A DNA stretch of 53,054 bases from Myxococcota bacterium. GTDB taxonomy: Bacteria > Myxococcota > Kuafuiibacteriia > Kuafuiibacteriales > Kuafuiibacteriaceae. This document shows, piece after piece, positions 21,771-33,685 of the stretch. The translations under genes and the position numbers were made by a program. Every line of letters starts with the position of its first letter. Position 1 is the first letter of the stretch. The notes under the pieces are model-generated. The model had not been told where the DNA came from, made no database searches, and worked only from the letters and a program-made list of their open reading frames with translations. The stretch spans positions 1 to 53,054 of the forward strand of contig JBCBRU010000003.1 of the NCBI GenBank assembly GCA_039819565.1, read 5' to 3'.

Positions 21771-23453
21771 ATGCCCGTGAAACGCTCTCTCGCAGCCTTT
21801 CGGAGCATCCTGTGTCTCGCGACTTCGCTCGTGGCCTGCCGGCACGGAGAATCCGGGGAGACCCCAAGCGGAACTCCCCGGCCTTCTGTTCACGAAGAAA
21901 TTGCGGTTTCGGCCCCCGCCCGCCGTCAGGCGACTCGGACGGATCTGTCCGGCGGGTGGTGGCGGGATGACGTCTTTTACGAGGTCTTCGTGCGCAGCTT
22001 TGCGGATGTGGACGGTGATGGGGTGGGAGACTTTCGAGGGCTCACCTCGAAGCTCGATGACCTGGTGGAGCTCGGGGTGAACGGGCTCTGGCTGATGCCG
22101 ATTCACCCCTCCCCCAGTTACCATGGCTACGACGTCACGAATTACCGAGCTGTCAATCCAGATTACGGAACGGAGGCAGACTTCGATGGTTTCCTTGCCG
22201 AGGCTCATCGACGCGGACTCCGCGTCATCATCGACTTCGTTCTGAATCACTCCTCCTCCGAGCATCCGTGGTTCCTCGAGTCAGGGAGCAGTCCTGAGAG
22301 CGAGCGTCGCTCGTGGTACGTATGGAGGCCTGCGCCCGACGCTCGACTCCGAAGGCCGTGGGACGGCTCCCTCGACATCTGGCACCCGGGACCCAGCGGC
22401 TACTACTACGGCCTGTTCTGGTCGGGCATGCCAGACCTCAACCTCGCTCACCCGGCGGTGGAGCAGGAGATGGTCGAGAGTATGCGCTTTTGGCTCGAGC
22501 GCGGGGTCGATGGCTTTCGCGTGGACGCGGTTCGCTACCTCGTCGAGGATGAGGACGGCACCAATGCGGACACTGAGTCGACCCATGCGGTGCTGAAGCG
22601 CATCCGATCGGCTCTGGTAGAGACTCATCCTCAGGCGCTTCTCGTCGCGGAGGCGTGGACCGAGCGCTCGAAAGTGGCCCCCTACTACGGAGAGGGGGGG
22701 GACGAGATGCAGCTGGCCTTCGGCTTCGACTCCGCCTCCGCGATCATGCAAGCTGCGAAGGATGGGTTGCGGGTCTCAGCCGTCCAATCCGCGCAAGACC
22801 TCGTGAAGACCTTCGACGATGTCAACTTCGTGGCGCCTTTCCTGACGAACCACGACATGCCCCGAGCGATGCGGGCCTTCGATGACGTCGGGGCTCCGGA
22901 AGCGGCCCGTCCTGCCGCCGCGACCTTGTTCGCCTGGCCAGGTACGCCCTTTATCTACTACGGGGAGGAGATCGGTATGCGAGGAGGGCCGAGTCGAGCT
23001 GATGAGGATAAACGTACTCCGATGCGCTGGAGCCGCGAGCCGGGGTTCGGATTCACCGGCGGGAAGCCATGGCGAAGTTCGGACGAGCCCGATGGGGTCG
23101 ACGTGGCGAGCCAGCGCAAGGACCCGGCTTCTCTTTGGCACCTCTACCGACGATTGGTCCGCCTTCGCCGCGGGGAGCCCGCCCTCTCGGAGGGACAGCT
23201 CGCGGTGCCGCCCGTGGCCGGTGCCAGTCGCGGCTTCGCGGCGTTTCTCCGCTCGACGGCGGAGCAGCGTATCCTGTTCATCGTCAACTACCATGACCAG
23301 CCAAGTGCGCCGATCACCGTCGAGGTGACGGACCTGAAGGCTGCTGAGGTTCTCCTGACGGAAGGGTTGCAGGGGGAGGTAGAGGTGACGGCAGAAGGCG
23401 TGAAGGCCCCAGCCCTTGCGGGCCGGGGCTTCGCGTTCCTTCGACTAGACTAG
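21771..23453 (+). CDS. GH13 alpha-amylase family lipoprotein
   Basis: LVAC lipobox; FYEVFVRSFAD, YHGYDV, DFVLNH, GFRVDA, AEAW, LTNHD catalytic regions. Confidence 0.92.
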   Translation: MPVKRSLAAFRSILCLATSLVACRHGESGETPSGTPRPSVHEEIAVSAPARRQATRTDLSGGWWRDDVFYEVFVRSFADVDGDGVGDFRGLTSKLDDLVELGVNGLWLMPIHPSPSYHGYDVTNYRAVNPDYGTEADFDGFLAEAHRRGLRVIIDFVLNHSSSEHPWFLESGSSPESERRSWYVWRPAPDARLRRPWDGSLDIWHPGPSGYYYGLFWSGMPDLNLAHPAVEQEMVESMRFWLERGVDGFRVDAVRYLVEDEDGTNADTESTHAVLKRIRSALVETHPQALLVAEAWTERSKVAPYYGEGGDEMQLAFGFDSASAIMQAAKDGLRVSAVQSAQDLVKTFDDVNFVAPFLTNHDMPRAMRAFDDVGAPEAARPAAATLFAWPGTPFIYYGEEIGMRGGPSRADEDKRTPMRWSREPGFGFTGGKPWRSSDEPDGVDVASQRKDPASLWHLYRRLVRLRRGEPALSEGQLAVPPVAGASRGFAAFLRSTAEQRILFIVNYHDQPSAPITVEVTDLKAAEVLLTEGLQGEVEVTAEGVKAPALAGRGFAFLRLD

Positions 23454-23463
23454 AGTTGGGGCT

Positions 23464-26400
23464 CTAGCGAGTGTTGCAGGGTAGGCCGGAGCCTTGCGCT
23501 CCAGCCTGAGGCTGCACGAACACGGCCGTGGTCAAGGCGGGGACCGTGAATCGGGCGTTCCCGAAGCTGGCCCCCTGGACGGTGGTGTCGGCCGAACCCT
23601 GTAGGGTTGGATGCAGGATGAACCCGCTCGCTCCCGTCAGCTCAAAGACCTGCTGGCTGGGGGTGCCGTTGATGACGGTGAGGACCGCGTCGAACTGCGG
23701 GTCCAGGTCATTCCCCGCACAGGTTCCGTCCGTGATGCTCTGTACGATCATCCCCGGAACCTGGCTTGCGCCGACATTGTGATAATCGACTCGGGTCTGG
23801 ACGTCCGCCTCCGTTTGCAGCCGGAACAAGGGAGAGCCACTGCGGATTCTGAGGACCTCCCTAAGGTGGGTGCTCGCAAACGTGATGTCTGCCGTGGTGG
23901 GGGCGATCGCGGCGTCCTGAATGATGGGGCTGATGGTGGGCCAGTTGCTTTGGTCCTTCTCTGCGTTGGGCAGTCCCACGTTCCAGTTGTTGGTGCCACG
24001 GGTCCAGTCGACAACGTTGAACCAGTCTCCTGAGTCGAAGCTGTCTCGCTCCATGGATTTGGAGCGAAGGAGGTCCACGCCCATATGGAGGAACGGCACG
24101 CCCTGGCCGAGGACAGTAACGTCCATCGCGAGGTTCTGACGCCGGGTTCGGTCGGCCATGGTGGTGCCGGTCGCCATCTTGTAGGCCCCGATGTCGAAGA
24201 ACGTCTGGTTGTCGTGCTTGGAGACGTAGTTGACGGACTCCTGTGGATCCAAGGTGTAGCCGCCCTGAGCCCCGTTGTAGGGCACGAAGCGTCCCGTGGC
24301 CCGCGAGCCGTTCCGATCGATGATCGGGAAGTTTCGCAGGTTACCCGCCATACCGATGCGAATGAGATCGGAGAGCTCGAGCAACGTTGCCTGCTCCGCA
24401 GCACTCCCGGAGTTGGACTCGTTGGGAGCCGTGAAAAGCCCGGTGGCAAAGCCTTGGGTGGCGCGGTTGTCCGCTCCGCTATCGAAGGGGCCCCCGCCCC
24501 GCACCGCGTCGCGGATGCGGTCGTTGAAGGTTCCGATACCGGTGCCCGCTAGGTTCAGCTGGGTGGCGTTGAGCCCACGCTGGCCTCCTTGCACCTCGCC
24601 GAAGTCCCAACCCTCGCCGTAGACGTAGATCTGCGGGTCTACCTGGTCCAAAGCGGCTCGGACTCGCTGCATGTTGCGAACCATGTGATGCCCCATCAGA
24701 TCGAAGCGGAAGGCTCCGACCTTGTAGTCCTGGGCCCAGGTGAGGAGAGAGTCCACCATCAGCTTCTCCATCATGGCAAACTCGCTGGCGGTGTTGTCGC
24801 AGCAGGTGCTCCGCTCGACGCTCCCGGTGTCGGCGTTCAGCCGGTGGTAGTAGCCAGGTACGACCTTGTCGAGGACCGAGCGGGTGCTGATGCCGGACGC
24901 GTTCGTGTGGTTGTACACCACGTCGAGCGCCGTACGCAGGTTGAGCTGCGCGAGGGCCATGACCATCTGCCGGAACTCGAGGATCCGCTGGGTCCCGCTG
25001 GCGGTGCTCGCGTACGAGCCCTCGGGCGTCGTGTAGTGGTACGGGTCGTAGCCCCAGTTGAAGCCGTCGAGGCCCTTCATCCAGGTCACGATCTGCTGGG
25101 CGTCTCCGGAGGTCGGATCCAGGCTGGCCAGAACCTCTCGAATGGACGTAGCCCCGTGCTTGACGCACTCGGCCATAGGAACCGTGCCGTTGAGCATGCA
25201 GAGCCGCTCGAAGGTGTCGTCGAGGTCCACCCGGCCGGCCGGATCTTCGACGACGGTGGCGATGTCGAAAGCGGGGAGGATATGAAAGATGGTCAGCCCC
25301 GCGGCGGCCAGCTCCTGCAGATGCGCCATCCCCGCCGAGAGGAGGGCGGGCGACTGCCCGTTGTGCGTGAAGGCCAAGTACTTGCCTCGGTCGGCGACCG
25401 GCACTGAAGTATCCGAGATGCTGAAGTCTCGAACGTGGCCTTCGTAGATCACCACGTCCTCCGGAGCAGCGAGGGGCGGGATGACGAGCGTATCCCAACC
25501 TTGCGGCTTGAGCGCGGCGTCGTTCCGAAGGTCGATGATTTGAGAATGTTGGCTGTTGGCCGACAGGCTGACCGAATAGGGGTCGGTCACCTCGAGGGTC
25601 TCCACCTTGTCCGTAGCAGGGTGATACACCGTGACTTCATAGCGGTAGTACCGGCCGTACCAGCCGGCATCCCCGGTCAGGCTCCAGGTGCCGGTGCTGG
25701 CATCCCAGTCCATGGGCATCTTCTCGATCGGAGTCAGCGCGTCGTCGTACTGGATGAGCTCCACCGACTGCGCGGTGGGGGCCCAGACCCGTAGGGTTGG
25801 GCTTTGGTTGTCGAAGGTGGCTCCCAGGTCCCCGTCGTAAGCGTAGAGCTCATCGAGAACCCCGGGGATCTGCACTCGCGTGGCCCCAACTGCGGTGCCT
25901 TGGTCGTCGCGTGCTACGACCACGAGCTGGCTTCGGAGCATGTCCTCGAGGGGGGCGGAAGCGGGCACCACGAGTCGATTTCGGCTCGTGAGATGAGGGA
26001 ACTTCTCGCTGACCGCGGTCGGCAGCGGGTCCGTCGAGGGGGTGAGGGCGGCCATCTGTCCGCCCTCGACGTCTAGGGCTTCGTTGACGCGGATCGAAGC
26101 ATCGGCCGCCCACCGCAGCTCAGCCTGCGTCGCGCCGTCGGGGAGAGCGTAGAGAATCGAATCCTGGCTCACCCAGTGCGCGGACATGCCGTCGATCTGA
26201 AACGCAGGAATGTCCTGAGGCGTGGTGAAGATATCCGCGGACCCAGACTTGAGGAATACGATGTCTCCGAACATGGAGATATCGAAGCCCATGTCCGGCC
26301 CAGGATCCTTGATGTCTCCCATGTGGACGATGAGGTTGACGCGGTCTCCGTCCGGTTGGACATCGACGATCCACCAGGAGCCCAGCTCGCCGTCGGTGCC

Positions 26401-27024
26401 GCCGGGCCGCGCCGGGACCTGCCAAGCCGTCTCCATCACCACGTCGCCCCAAAGATGAAGTCCCCAGCCCGAGTACATCTCGTCACCTCGGACGTAGTAG
26501 ATCGCCACCTGGTTCTCTCCAGGAATCGCGGGGGGCGCCCGGGTCAGCGCTTGCTCGGCTCCGTGGAACCACCACACTCCGTTCGAGGCGCTCGTGACGG
26601 ACACGGTCAGCGGCATGGCGGGCTCCATGGTGGTGCCATCCGTGAGCTGGAAGGTGATGGACTGGGCGTCCGCGGTGGGCGTCACTTCGAAGACCGCGCC
26701 GAAGTCGTCCTCGGTCGTGAGAGCGATAGTTCCGGGGTTCTCCACGTCGCCCGAAATGACGACCGACCACCCCGCATAGGTGAGATCGGGGCGATGATAG
26801 TGAACCGCGAAGGCGGTGGGCATCGTCGTCCCCATATCTTCGGGAGGCGTGCCCATGTCTTCGACGGTCCCGGCGTCTCCCGCATCGGGCGGGGTCGCGC
26901 CGGTGTCGGTCATCGCGCCGGCGTCCGGCATGGCCGGAGCATCGTCTCCGCCGCAGGCCGAAGCGGACGCGATCAGCGCCATCCCCACACTCCAAGCGAC
27001 GGTCGTCTTGGTCCAAATACTCAT
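23464..27024 (-). CDS. pulA: pullulanase-type alpha-1,6-glucosidase lipoprotein with CBM41-like modules
   Basis: ASAC lipobox; FNWGYDP, DVVYNH, FRFDLMGH, YGEGW, VSKHDNQT, LRSKSMERDSFDSGDWFN. Confidence 0.92.
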   Translation of the reverse strand: MSIWTKTTVAWSVGMALIASASACGGDDAPAMPDAGAMTDTGATPPDAGDAGTVEDMGTPPEDMGTTMPTAFAVHYHRPDLTYAGWSVVISGDVENPGTIALTTEDDFGAVFEVTPTADAQSITFQLTDGTTMEPAMPLTVSVTSASNGVWWFHGAEQALTRAPPAIPGENQVAIYYVRGDEMYSGWGLHLWGDVVMETAWQVPARPGGTDGELGSWWIVDVQPDGDRVNLIVHMGDIKDPGPDMGFDISMFGDIVFLKSGSADIFTTPQDIPAFQIDGMSAHWVSQDSILYALPDGATQAELRWAADASIRVNEALDVEGGQMAALTPSTDPLPTAVSEKFPHLTSRNRLVVPASAPLEDMLRSQLVVVARDDQGTAVGATRVQIPGVLDELYAYDGDLGATFDNQSPTLRVWAPTAQSVELIQYDDALTPIEKMPMDWDASTGTWSLTGDAGWYGRYYRYEVTVYHPATDKVETLEVTDPYSVSLSANSQHSQIIDLRNDAALKPQGWDTLVIPPLAAPEDVVIYEGHVRDFSISDTSVPVADRGKYLAFTHNGQSPALLSAGMAHLQELAAAGLTIFHILPAFDIATVVEDPAGRVDLDDTFERLCMLNGTVPMAECVKHGATSIREVLASLDPTSGDAQQIVTWMKGLDGFNWGYDPYHYTTPEGSYASTASGTQRILEFRQMVMALAQLNLRTALDVVYNHTNASGISTRSVLDKVVPGYYHRLNADTGSVERSTCCDNTASEFAMMEKLMVDSLLTWAQDYKVGAFRFDLMGHHMVRNMQRVRAALDQVDPQIYVYGEGWDFGEVQGGQRGLNATQLNLAGTGIGTFNDRIRDAVRGGGPFDSGADNRATQGFATGLFTAPNESNSGSAAEQATLLELSDLIRIGMAGNLRNFPIIDRNGSRATGRFVPYNGAQGGYTLDPQESVNYVSKHDNQTFFDIGAYKMATGTTMADRTRRQNLAMDVTVLGQGVPFLHMGVDLLRSKSMERDSFDSGDWFNVVDWTRGTNNWNVGLPNAEKDQSNWPTISPIIQDAAIAPTTADITFASTHLREVLRIRSGSPLFRLQTEADVQTRVDYHNVGASQVPGMIVQSITDGTCAGNDLDPQFDAVLTVINGTPSQQVFELTGASGFILHPTLQGSADTTVQGASFGNARFTVPALTTAVFVQPQAGAQGSGLPCNTR

Positions 27025-27058
27025 CGTGAATCCTCCCCCCAAACTCTCTCGGTGGTGC

Positions 27059-28882
<1,824 letters not shown>

Positions 28883-29018
28883 GGTTCCTCCCAAGCACGG
28901 GGCGCGTGCCCCGGGCTCTAGACACTCAACGCTGAGTCACGCTCGCCGTCAAGACGCGCAGAGGCCCGAAGACGGGCCCCGAATCGGGGATGACCCCGGT
29001 TCGAAAGTGGGAAGCTGT

Positions 29019-30413
29019 TCAGGAGGGCAGGGCCCGAAAGGTCCCGAGCAGAGCTTCGGCTCCGAGTCCGAGTCCCCAACCCGCCCCGAAGAAGAGGACG
29101 CTTCGGAGCTCGCGGACGGGGTGGAAGTAGCCGTTTCGGATCAGGCCGAACCAAACCACGACCAAGGTGGGCACCTCGGACAAGGCCACCGCCCAAACCA
29201 GGCCCGGGAACCCTCCCCAGTGCCATCCGAGGGGGACGGCCACGACGATCCACACCGCTCGGCCAAAGCTCCGGAAAAAGGTGTATTTCGTCATCCCGAG
29301 GGCAAACAGAAGGGTCTCCGCCGGGGTGAGCGCGGCGCTCATGGCGACCTCCACCGAGAAGATCTCGAGGATGGCGCCGGCCTGGGCGTATTCGGCGGAG
29401 TAGAGCAGGTCGATCACCGAGGAGCCCAAGACCATGAGAACCCCCGCCGCGGTCACGAAGACCGCGTCGAGGCGGAGGCGCGCTTGGTCATAGCTCCGGG
29501 CCAGGAGGCGCCGACGTTCATGGGGGCTGGAGGCCAGCTCGCGGTAGCGCTCCGCGAAGGCCGGAAAAACGACGGCTCTCACCAGCCGGACCTGAAGAAC
29601 TTGCACCGCCATCTTGAGGCGGCCCGCGATGGCGTAGACCCCAAGGTCGGCGAAGCCCTCGAGGAGGCGAGCGAGGATCAGCCGGTCGCCCTGGATGGAA
29701 ACGAAGTGCAGCGCCGTGCTTCCGAAGATCCACTTCCCAAAGGTGAAGATCTCGCGAAGCGCCTCGGGCTCGAGAAGGAAGCGGTGCGGGATGCTGGGCA
29801 AGAAGCGGTGGCTGCCCACGAGGCGGATCAGGGCCCCCACCCAGCTCCCTAGCACCAAGACCCAAACCGAGGGCCAAACCATGGCCGCTCCCACCTGGGC
29901 GAACACGGTGCCCAGCTGGAGCGCCACCTCGAGCTTGATGACTCCGCGAAGATGGATGCGGCGCGATTCGGTATGAAGTGAGGTGGCGTCGAACCCGTCG
30001 ATGAGGGCGACGAGGCCAATCCCCGGAATCAGATAGGCCAGCATCGGTTGGCCGTAGAACAGGGACGCCCCCACTCCGATGGGGACAGATACGAGGGTGA
30101 GGAGCACCCCTCGGATGGCCTGAATGGTCCATGCGGTGTTCAGAAAGTTAGGGTCATCACCCCGCGGGCTCTGCACGATGCACGTTCCGAGACCGACATC
30201 GGAGAAGAGATAGAGCGCCGTGAGAAAGACATACACGAGCTCCATGAGTCCGTAGACTTCCGGTACAAGGAGCCGCGTAAGTACGAGACTGCTTCCCAGT
30301 CGGATGAGCTGGACGGCGCCGTGACCCAGGGTCGTCCACCCCGTCGAACTCATGATGCGAGAGCGGCGAGCGGCAGCGGGAGAGGCGGGGTCGGGGTCCG
30401 TGCCAGCCGCCAT
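29019..30413 (-). CDS. oligosaccharide flippase (Wzx/PST family)
   Basis: LTRLLVPEVYGLM, SDVGLG, LNTAWTIQAIRG, FGKWIF, GDRLIL; multiple TM helices. Confidence 0.88.
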   Translation of the reverse strand: MAAGTDPDPASPAAARRSRIMSSTGWTTLGHGAVQLIRLGSSLVLTRLLVPEVYGLMELVYVFLTALYLFSDVGLGTCIVQSPRGDDPNFLNTAWTIQAIRGVLLTLVSVPIGVGASLFYGQPMLAYLIPGIGLVALIDGFDATSLHTESRRIHLRGVIKLEVALQLGTVFAQVGAAMVWPSVWVLVLGSWVGALIRLVGSHRFLPSIPHRFLLEPEALREIFTFGKWIFGSTALHFVSIQGDRLILARLLEGFADLGVYAIAGRLKMAVQVLQVRLVRAVVFPAFAERYRELASSPHERRRLLARSYDQARLRLDAVFVTAAGVLMVLGSSVIDLLYSAEYAQAGAILEIFSVEVAMSAALTPAETLLFALGMTKYTFFRSFGRAVWIVVAVPLGWHWGGFPGLVWAVALSEVPTLVVVWFGLIRNGYFHPVRELRSVLFFGAGWGLGLGAEALLGTFRALPS

Positions 30414-30513
30414 CGGACTTGAGCGGATACAGCAAGGGGGCCCGGGTCGGGAGCCTTTTCGATGCGCTCGCGACGCCCTAGAAAATCATCGCTCGGCTGA
30501 TAGCCTATCCCTC

Positions 30514-31386
30514 ATGCGGGTGGGCATCGTCGGGGCTGGGTTCGTAGGGCAGGCTTTGGCCGAGCAGCTCGCCGCCGCCGGACACTCGGCTGTGGCGGTG
30601 CGGCGTCAGCCTCAGGCCTCGGACGGTGGAGCCGCGATCGAGGTCCGGGCTGCCGATCTGGACGCGCCGGAGTCGGTGCGGGCGGCCCTCGACGGGGTCG
30701 AGCGCGTGGTTCACCTCGCGCCCCCACCCCGCGACGGGGGTGGCGAGGACCAAGCGGCCAGGTTCGCCCGGAGTCTTCCTCGGGGCTGCGACCGGGTCGT
30801 CTACGGGTCGACCACCGGCGTGTACCGCCCTCCCGAAGACCCCGAACTATGGATCGATGAGGAAAGTCCCGTGGATCCCCCAGGGCCGGGCGGACGGGCT
30901 CGCTTGGCCTACGAGCGCGGCCTCATGGAGCACTCCCCCGCTCCGCTGTTTCGCGTACGTATCACCGCCATCTATGGGCCCGGGCGGACCGTGGCCGAGA
31001 GGCTGCGGCGAGGCGACCTGCTGCTCTTTCGGGACGGCCCCCTTACGAGCCGGATCCACCGCGACGATCTCGCTCGAATCCTGTCCGCGATGGTGCTCCA
31101 CGCCGCTCCGCCGCCGCTGATGGTGGCGTGCGACGAGAGGCCCGCCACCACGCTCGAAGTGGCGAGCTTTGCCGCCGCCCAACTCGGTCTCGACCTCCCC
31201 GAGGTCCTCAGCCGCGAGGAGGCTTCGAAGGCCATGTCGGCACGGGCCCGGGAGCTCCGAATGAACGGCAAACGATGCCGGTCCCTCTACCGGGAGGACC
31301 TCATCGGTCCATTGGACTACCCGACCTACCAAGAGGGCATCGCGTCGGCCCTCGCAGACGTGGTCACGGAGCCACGAGGTTGCTAG
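30514..31386 (+). CDS. NAD-dependent epimerase/dehydratase (atypical SDR)
   Basis: GAGFVG, YGSTTGVY, AIYGPGR, SRIHRDDL, YPTYQEG. Confidence 0.85.
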   Translation: MRVGIVGAGFVGQALAEQLAAAGHSAVAVRRQPQASDGGAAIEVRAADLDAPESVRAALDGVERVVHLAPPPRDGGGEDQAARFARSLPRGCDRVVYGSTTGVYRPPEDPELWIDEESPVDPPGPGGRARLAYERGLMEHSPAPLFRVRITAIYGPGRTVAERLRRGDLLLFRDGPLTSRIHRDDLARILSAMVLHAAPPPLMVACDERPATTLEVASFAAAQLGLDLPEVLSREEASKAMSARARELRMNGKRCRSLYREDLIGPLDYPTYQEGIASALADVVTEPRGC

Positions 31387-31396
31387 GCGAAGGTCC

Positions 31397-32347
31397 ATGA
31401 AGGTCCTCGCGATCATCGTGAACTTCCGCACCCCGGACCTCGCGCTCGACGCCGTGCGAGCTCTGGTTCCGGAGCTCGAGGGTCTCCCGGCCCGGGTCAT
31501 CGTGGTCGAGAACGACTCCGGCGACGGATCCTACGAGAAGATCGAGGCGGGCATCGCCGCCGCCGACTGGGGGGATCGTGTCGAGCTGATCGCCTCCGGA
31601 CGCAATGGAGGTTTCGGGTTTGGCAACAACGTGGGGATGCGTCGTGGCTTCGCGTCCGGGGAGCTGCCCGAGTATGTCTATCTCCTCAATCCCGACGCGA
31701 AGACCGACCCCGGCGCCGTCAAAGCGCTGATCGACGCGATGGACGCCCGCCCCGACGCGGGCATCGCGGGGAGCTACATCCATCTCATGGATGGCTCGCC
31801 CTTCGTGAACGCCTTCAACTTCCACGGGGTTCTCAGCGAACTGGAGGGAAACGTCCGCTTCGGCCCGCTCACCAAACTGCTCGCGGGGCAGTCGATCCTC
31901 GTGCGCCCGACCCCGGAGACGACGACCGAGGTCGACTGGGTGGGCGGGGCTTCGATGATGATGCGCCGCTCGATGTTGGACGAGATCGGGCTCTTCGATG
32001 AGACCTTCTTCCTCTACTTCGAAGAGACGGAGCTCTGCCTGAGAGCCAAGAAGGCGGGATGGAAGACGCTCTATGTTCCGGAGTCTTCGGTCGGGCACAT
32101 TGGGTGTGCCGCCACCGGCGCCTACGATGTTGAGAAGCGGCGCCCCGAGTACTGGTTCGACTCGCGGCGCTACTACTACGAAAAGCACTTCGGAAAGGTG
32201 TACACGCAGTTCGCCGACGCTGCCCTCGTGTACGGGCAGCTGGTGTGGAAGCTACGGCGTCTCGTCGAGCGCAAGCCCGCTCGAGACCCCGCCTTCTTCG
32301 TTCGAGACTTTCTCACCCACAAGTTCGGGCTCCCGCGACGAAGCTGA
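31397..32347 (+). CDS. glycosyltransferase family 2
   Basis: IIVNFRT, NGGFGFGNN, LLNPDA, DWVGGAS, FDETFFLYFEETELC. Confidence 0.92.
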   Translation: MKVLAIIVNFRTPDLALDAVRALVPELEGLPARVIVVENDSGDGSYEKIEAGIAAADWGDRVELIASGRNGGFGFGNNVGMRRGFASGELPEYVYLLNPDAKTDPGAVKALIDAMDARPDAGIAGSYIHLMDGSPFVNAFNFHGVLSELEGNVRFGPLTKLLAGQSILVRPTPETTTEVDWVGGASMMMRRSMLDEIGLFDETFFLYFEETELCLRAKKAGWKTLYVPESSVGHIGCAATGAYDVEKRRPEYWFDSRRYYYEKHFGKVYTQFADAALVYGQLVWKLRRLVERKPARDPAFFVRDFLTHKFGLPRRS

Positions 32348-32365
32348 ACCGTATCTGCCGGGACA

Positions 32366-33016
32366 TTAGATGCGAACGGCGCTGAGGATCCACGGGCCGA
32401 TCCGGCGCCAGCTCCCTTGCGCTCTCGGGGTAGGGAGATAGCGGCCGGCCGGATGATGGACCTCCACCTCGAAGGTCTGGGCGCTCAGGTCCATATGCAA
32501 AGATACATCGAGGAAATCGAGCAAGGTCTCGGTGTATCGGTACTGCGCCTTGTAGAAAGCCTCTTTAGCGGAAAAGGCCACCTTCGCGAGGTCGCGGGTC
32601 ACGGTCCGTTCGTCGGGGCGGACGATAAGGCGCGCCATGGCTTCCGGAAGAGGGCTTGCCTCCTCGACATCGAGTCCTAGGCCGACCTCGCCCCGGGTGA
32701 CCGCGACCACGGCAACCTCGTCGGTGTGAGTGATCGTCCCCGCGACGCCGCTTGGCCACTCCGGCGCCCGGTCCTCGCGCCGCGGAAGATGGCGCACCGG
32801 GGAGCCCACCTCGGCGAGCAGAGCCCGAGCCAGGGTGCGTCCCACCGCAAACTCACGACGTCGCTTTTCGACCGCGGTGGCCACGACCGCATCCTCCTCT
32901 GGAGGGAGGCTCGGAATCGGCCCCGCCAGCGCGGCCGCGCGGGTCCGGACGTTCGCGCCGAGGAGGGCTCGGCTCTGGTCCGCCAGGGCTTCGATCAGAC
33001 TTTCGTCCGCAGGCAT
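32366..33016 (-). CDS. 4'-phosphopantetheinyl transferase (EntD-type)
   Basis: KRRREFAVGR, WPSGVAGTITH, LGLDVE, FSAKEAFYKA. Confidence 0.9.
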   Translation of the reverse strand: MPADESLIEALADQSRALLGANVRTRAAALAGPIPSLPPEEDAVVATAVEKRRREFAVGRTLARALLAEVGSPVRHLPRREDRAPEWPSGVAGTITHTDEVAVVAVTRGEVGLGLDVEEASPLPEAMARLIVRPDERTVTRDLAKVAFSAKEAFYKAQYRYTETLLDFLDVSLHMDLSAQTFEVEVHHPAGRYLPTPRAQGSWRRIGPWILSAVRI

Positions 33017-33070
33017 CGGGAGTGACCACAGTGTTTCTCAATTGGCGCACGCAGGACTACCCTCCCGCGG

Positions 33071-33685
33071 GTGCTGACCGATGCCGACGCGCGGCTGTGT
33101 CGCCTGTTCTCGTCGATCATCCTGGGGAAATGGGATGACGTGATGGCGCTTCGGCGTTCGGTGTCGCCGCCGGAGCCGGATCGGCGATGGAGAGAGTGCG
33201 TCCTCATGGTGCATCTGTTTGGCGGGGTCCCGCGGATGATCGAAGCCTTCGATCATCTCGAGGCGGCCGGCGGTCTCGGCGAACCCACCGAGGAGGAGCT
33301 CCGCGAAGAGGGAGATCTCCAAGCGCGCGGACGGCAGATGTTCGAGACGATCTACGGAAACCGGGCCCGAGCCGTCCGTGAGCATCTGCACCGCCACCAC
33401 CCCGCTCTCGGCGATTGGGTGGCCTCTCACGCCTACGGGCGGGTGCTGAGCCGGCCGGGTCTGGACGCGGCCACGCGGGAGCTCCTCGCCGTGGCCGCCC
33501 TCGCCTCGCTCGGTCAGGAACGCCAGCTCGCCAGTCACGCCCGAGGCGCCGTCCGCTGCGGGGCGGACCCGGACGCCGTGGAGGCCGTCCTGGACCTTTT
33601 GCCGGCCGACCTTCCTCCTCTTCGGCTCGAGAAGGCCCGCGTCGTCGTGCGGAAGTTCGCGCAGCCCTCCGGTCAGAAACGGTAG
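33071..33685 (+). CDS. carboxymuconolactone decarboxylase (AhpD-like) family protein
   Basis: AYGRVLSRPGLD..RELLAVAALA..QLASHARGAVRCGA. Confidence 0.8.
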   Translation: MLTDADARLCRLFSSIILGKWDDVMALRRSVSPPEPDRRWRECVLMVHLFGGVPRMIEAFDHLEAAGGLGEPTEEELREEGDLQARGRQMFETIYGNRARAVREHLHRHHPALGDWVASHAYGRVLSRPGLDAATRELLAVAALASLGQERQLASHARGAVRCGADPDAVEAVLDLLPADLPPLRLEKARVVVRKFAQPSGQKR

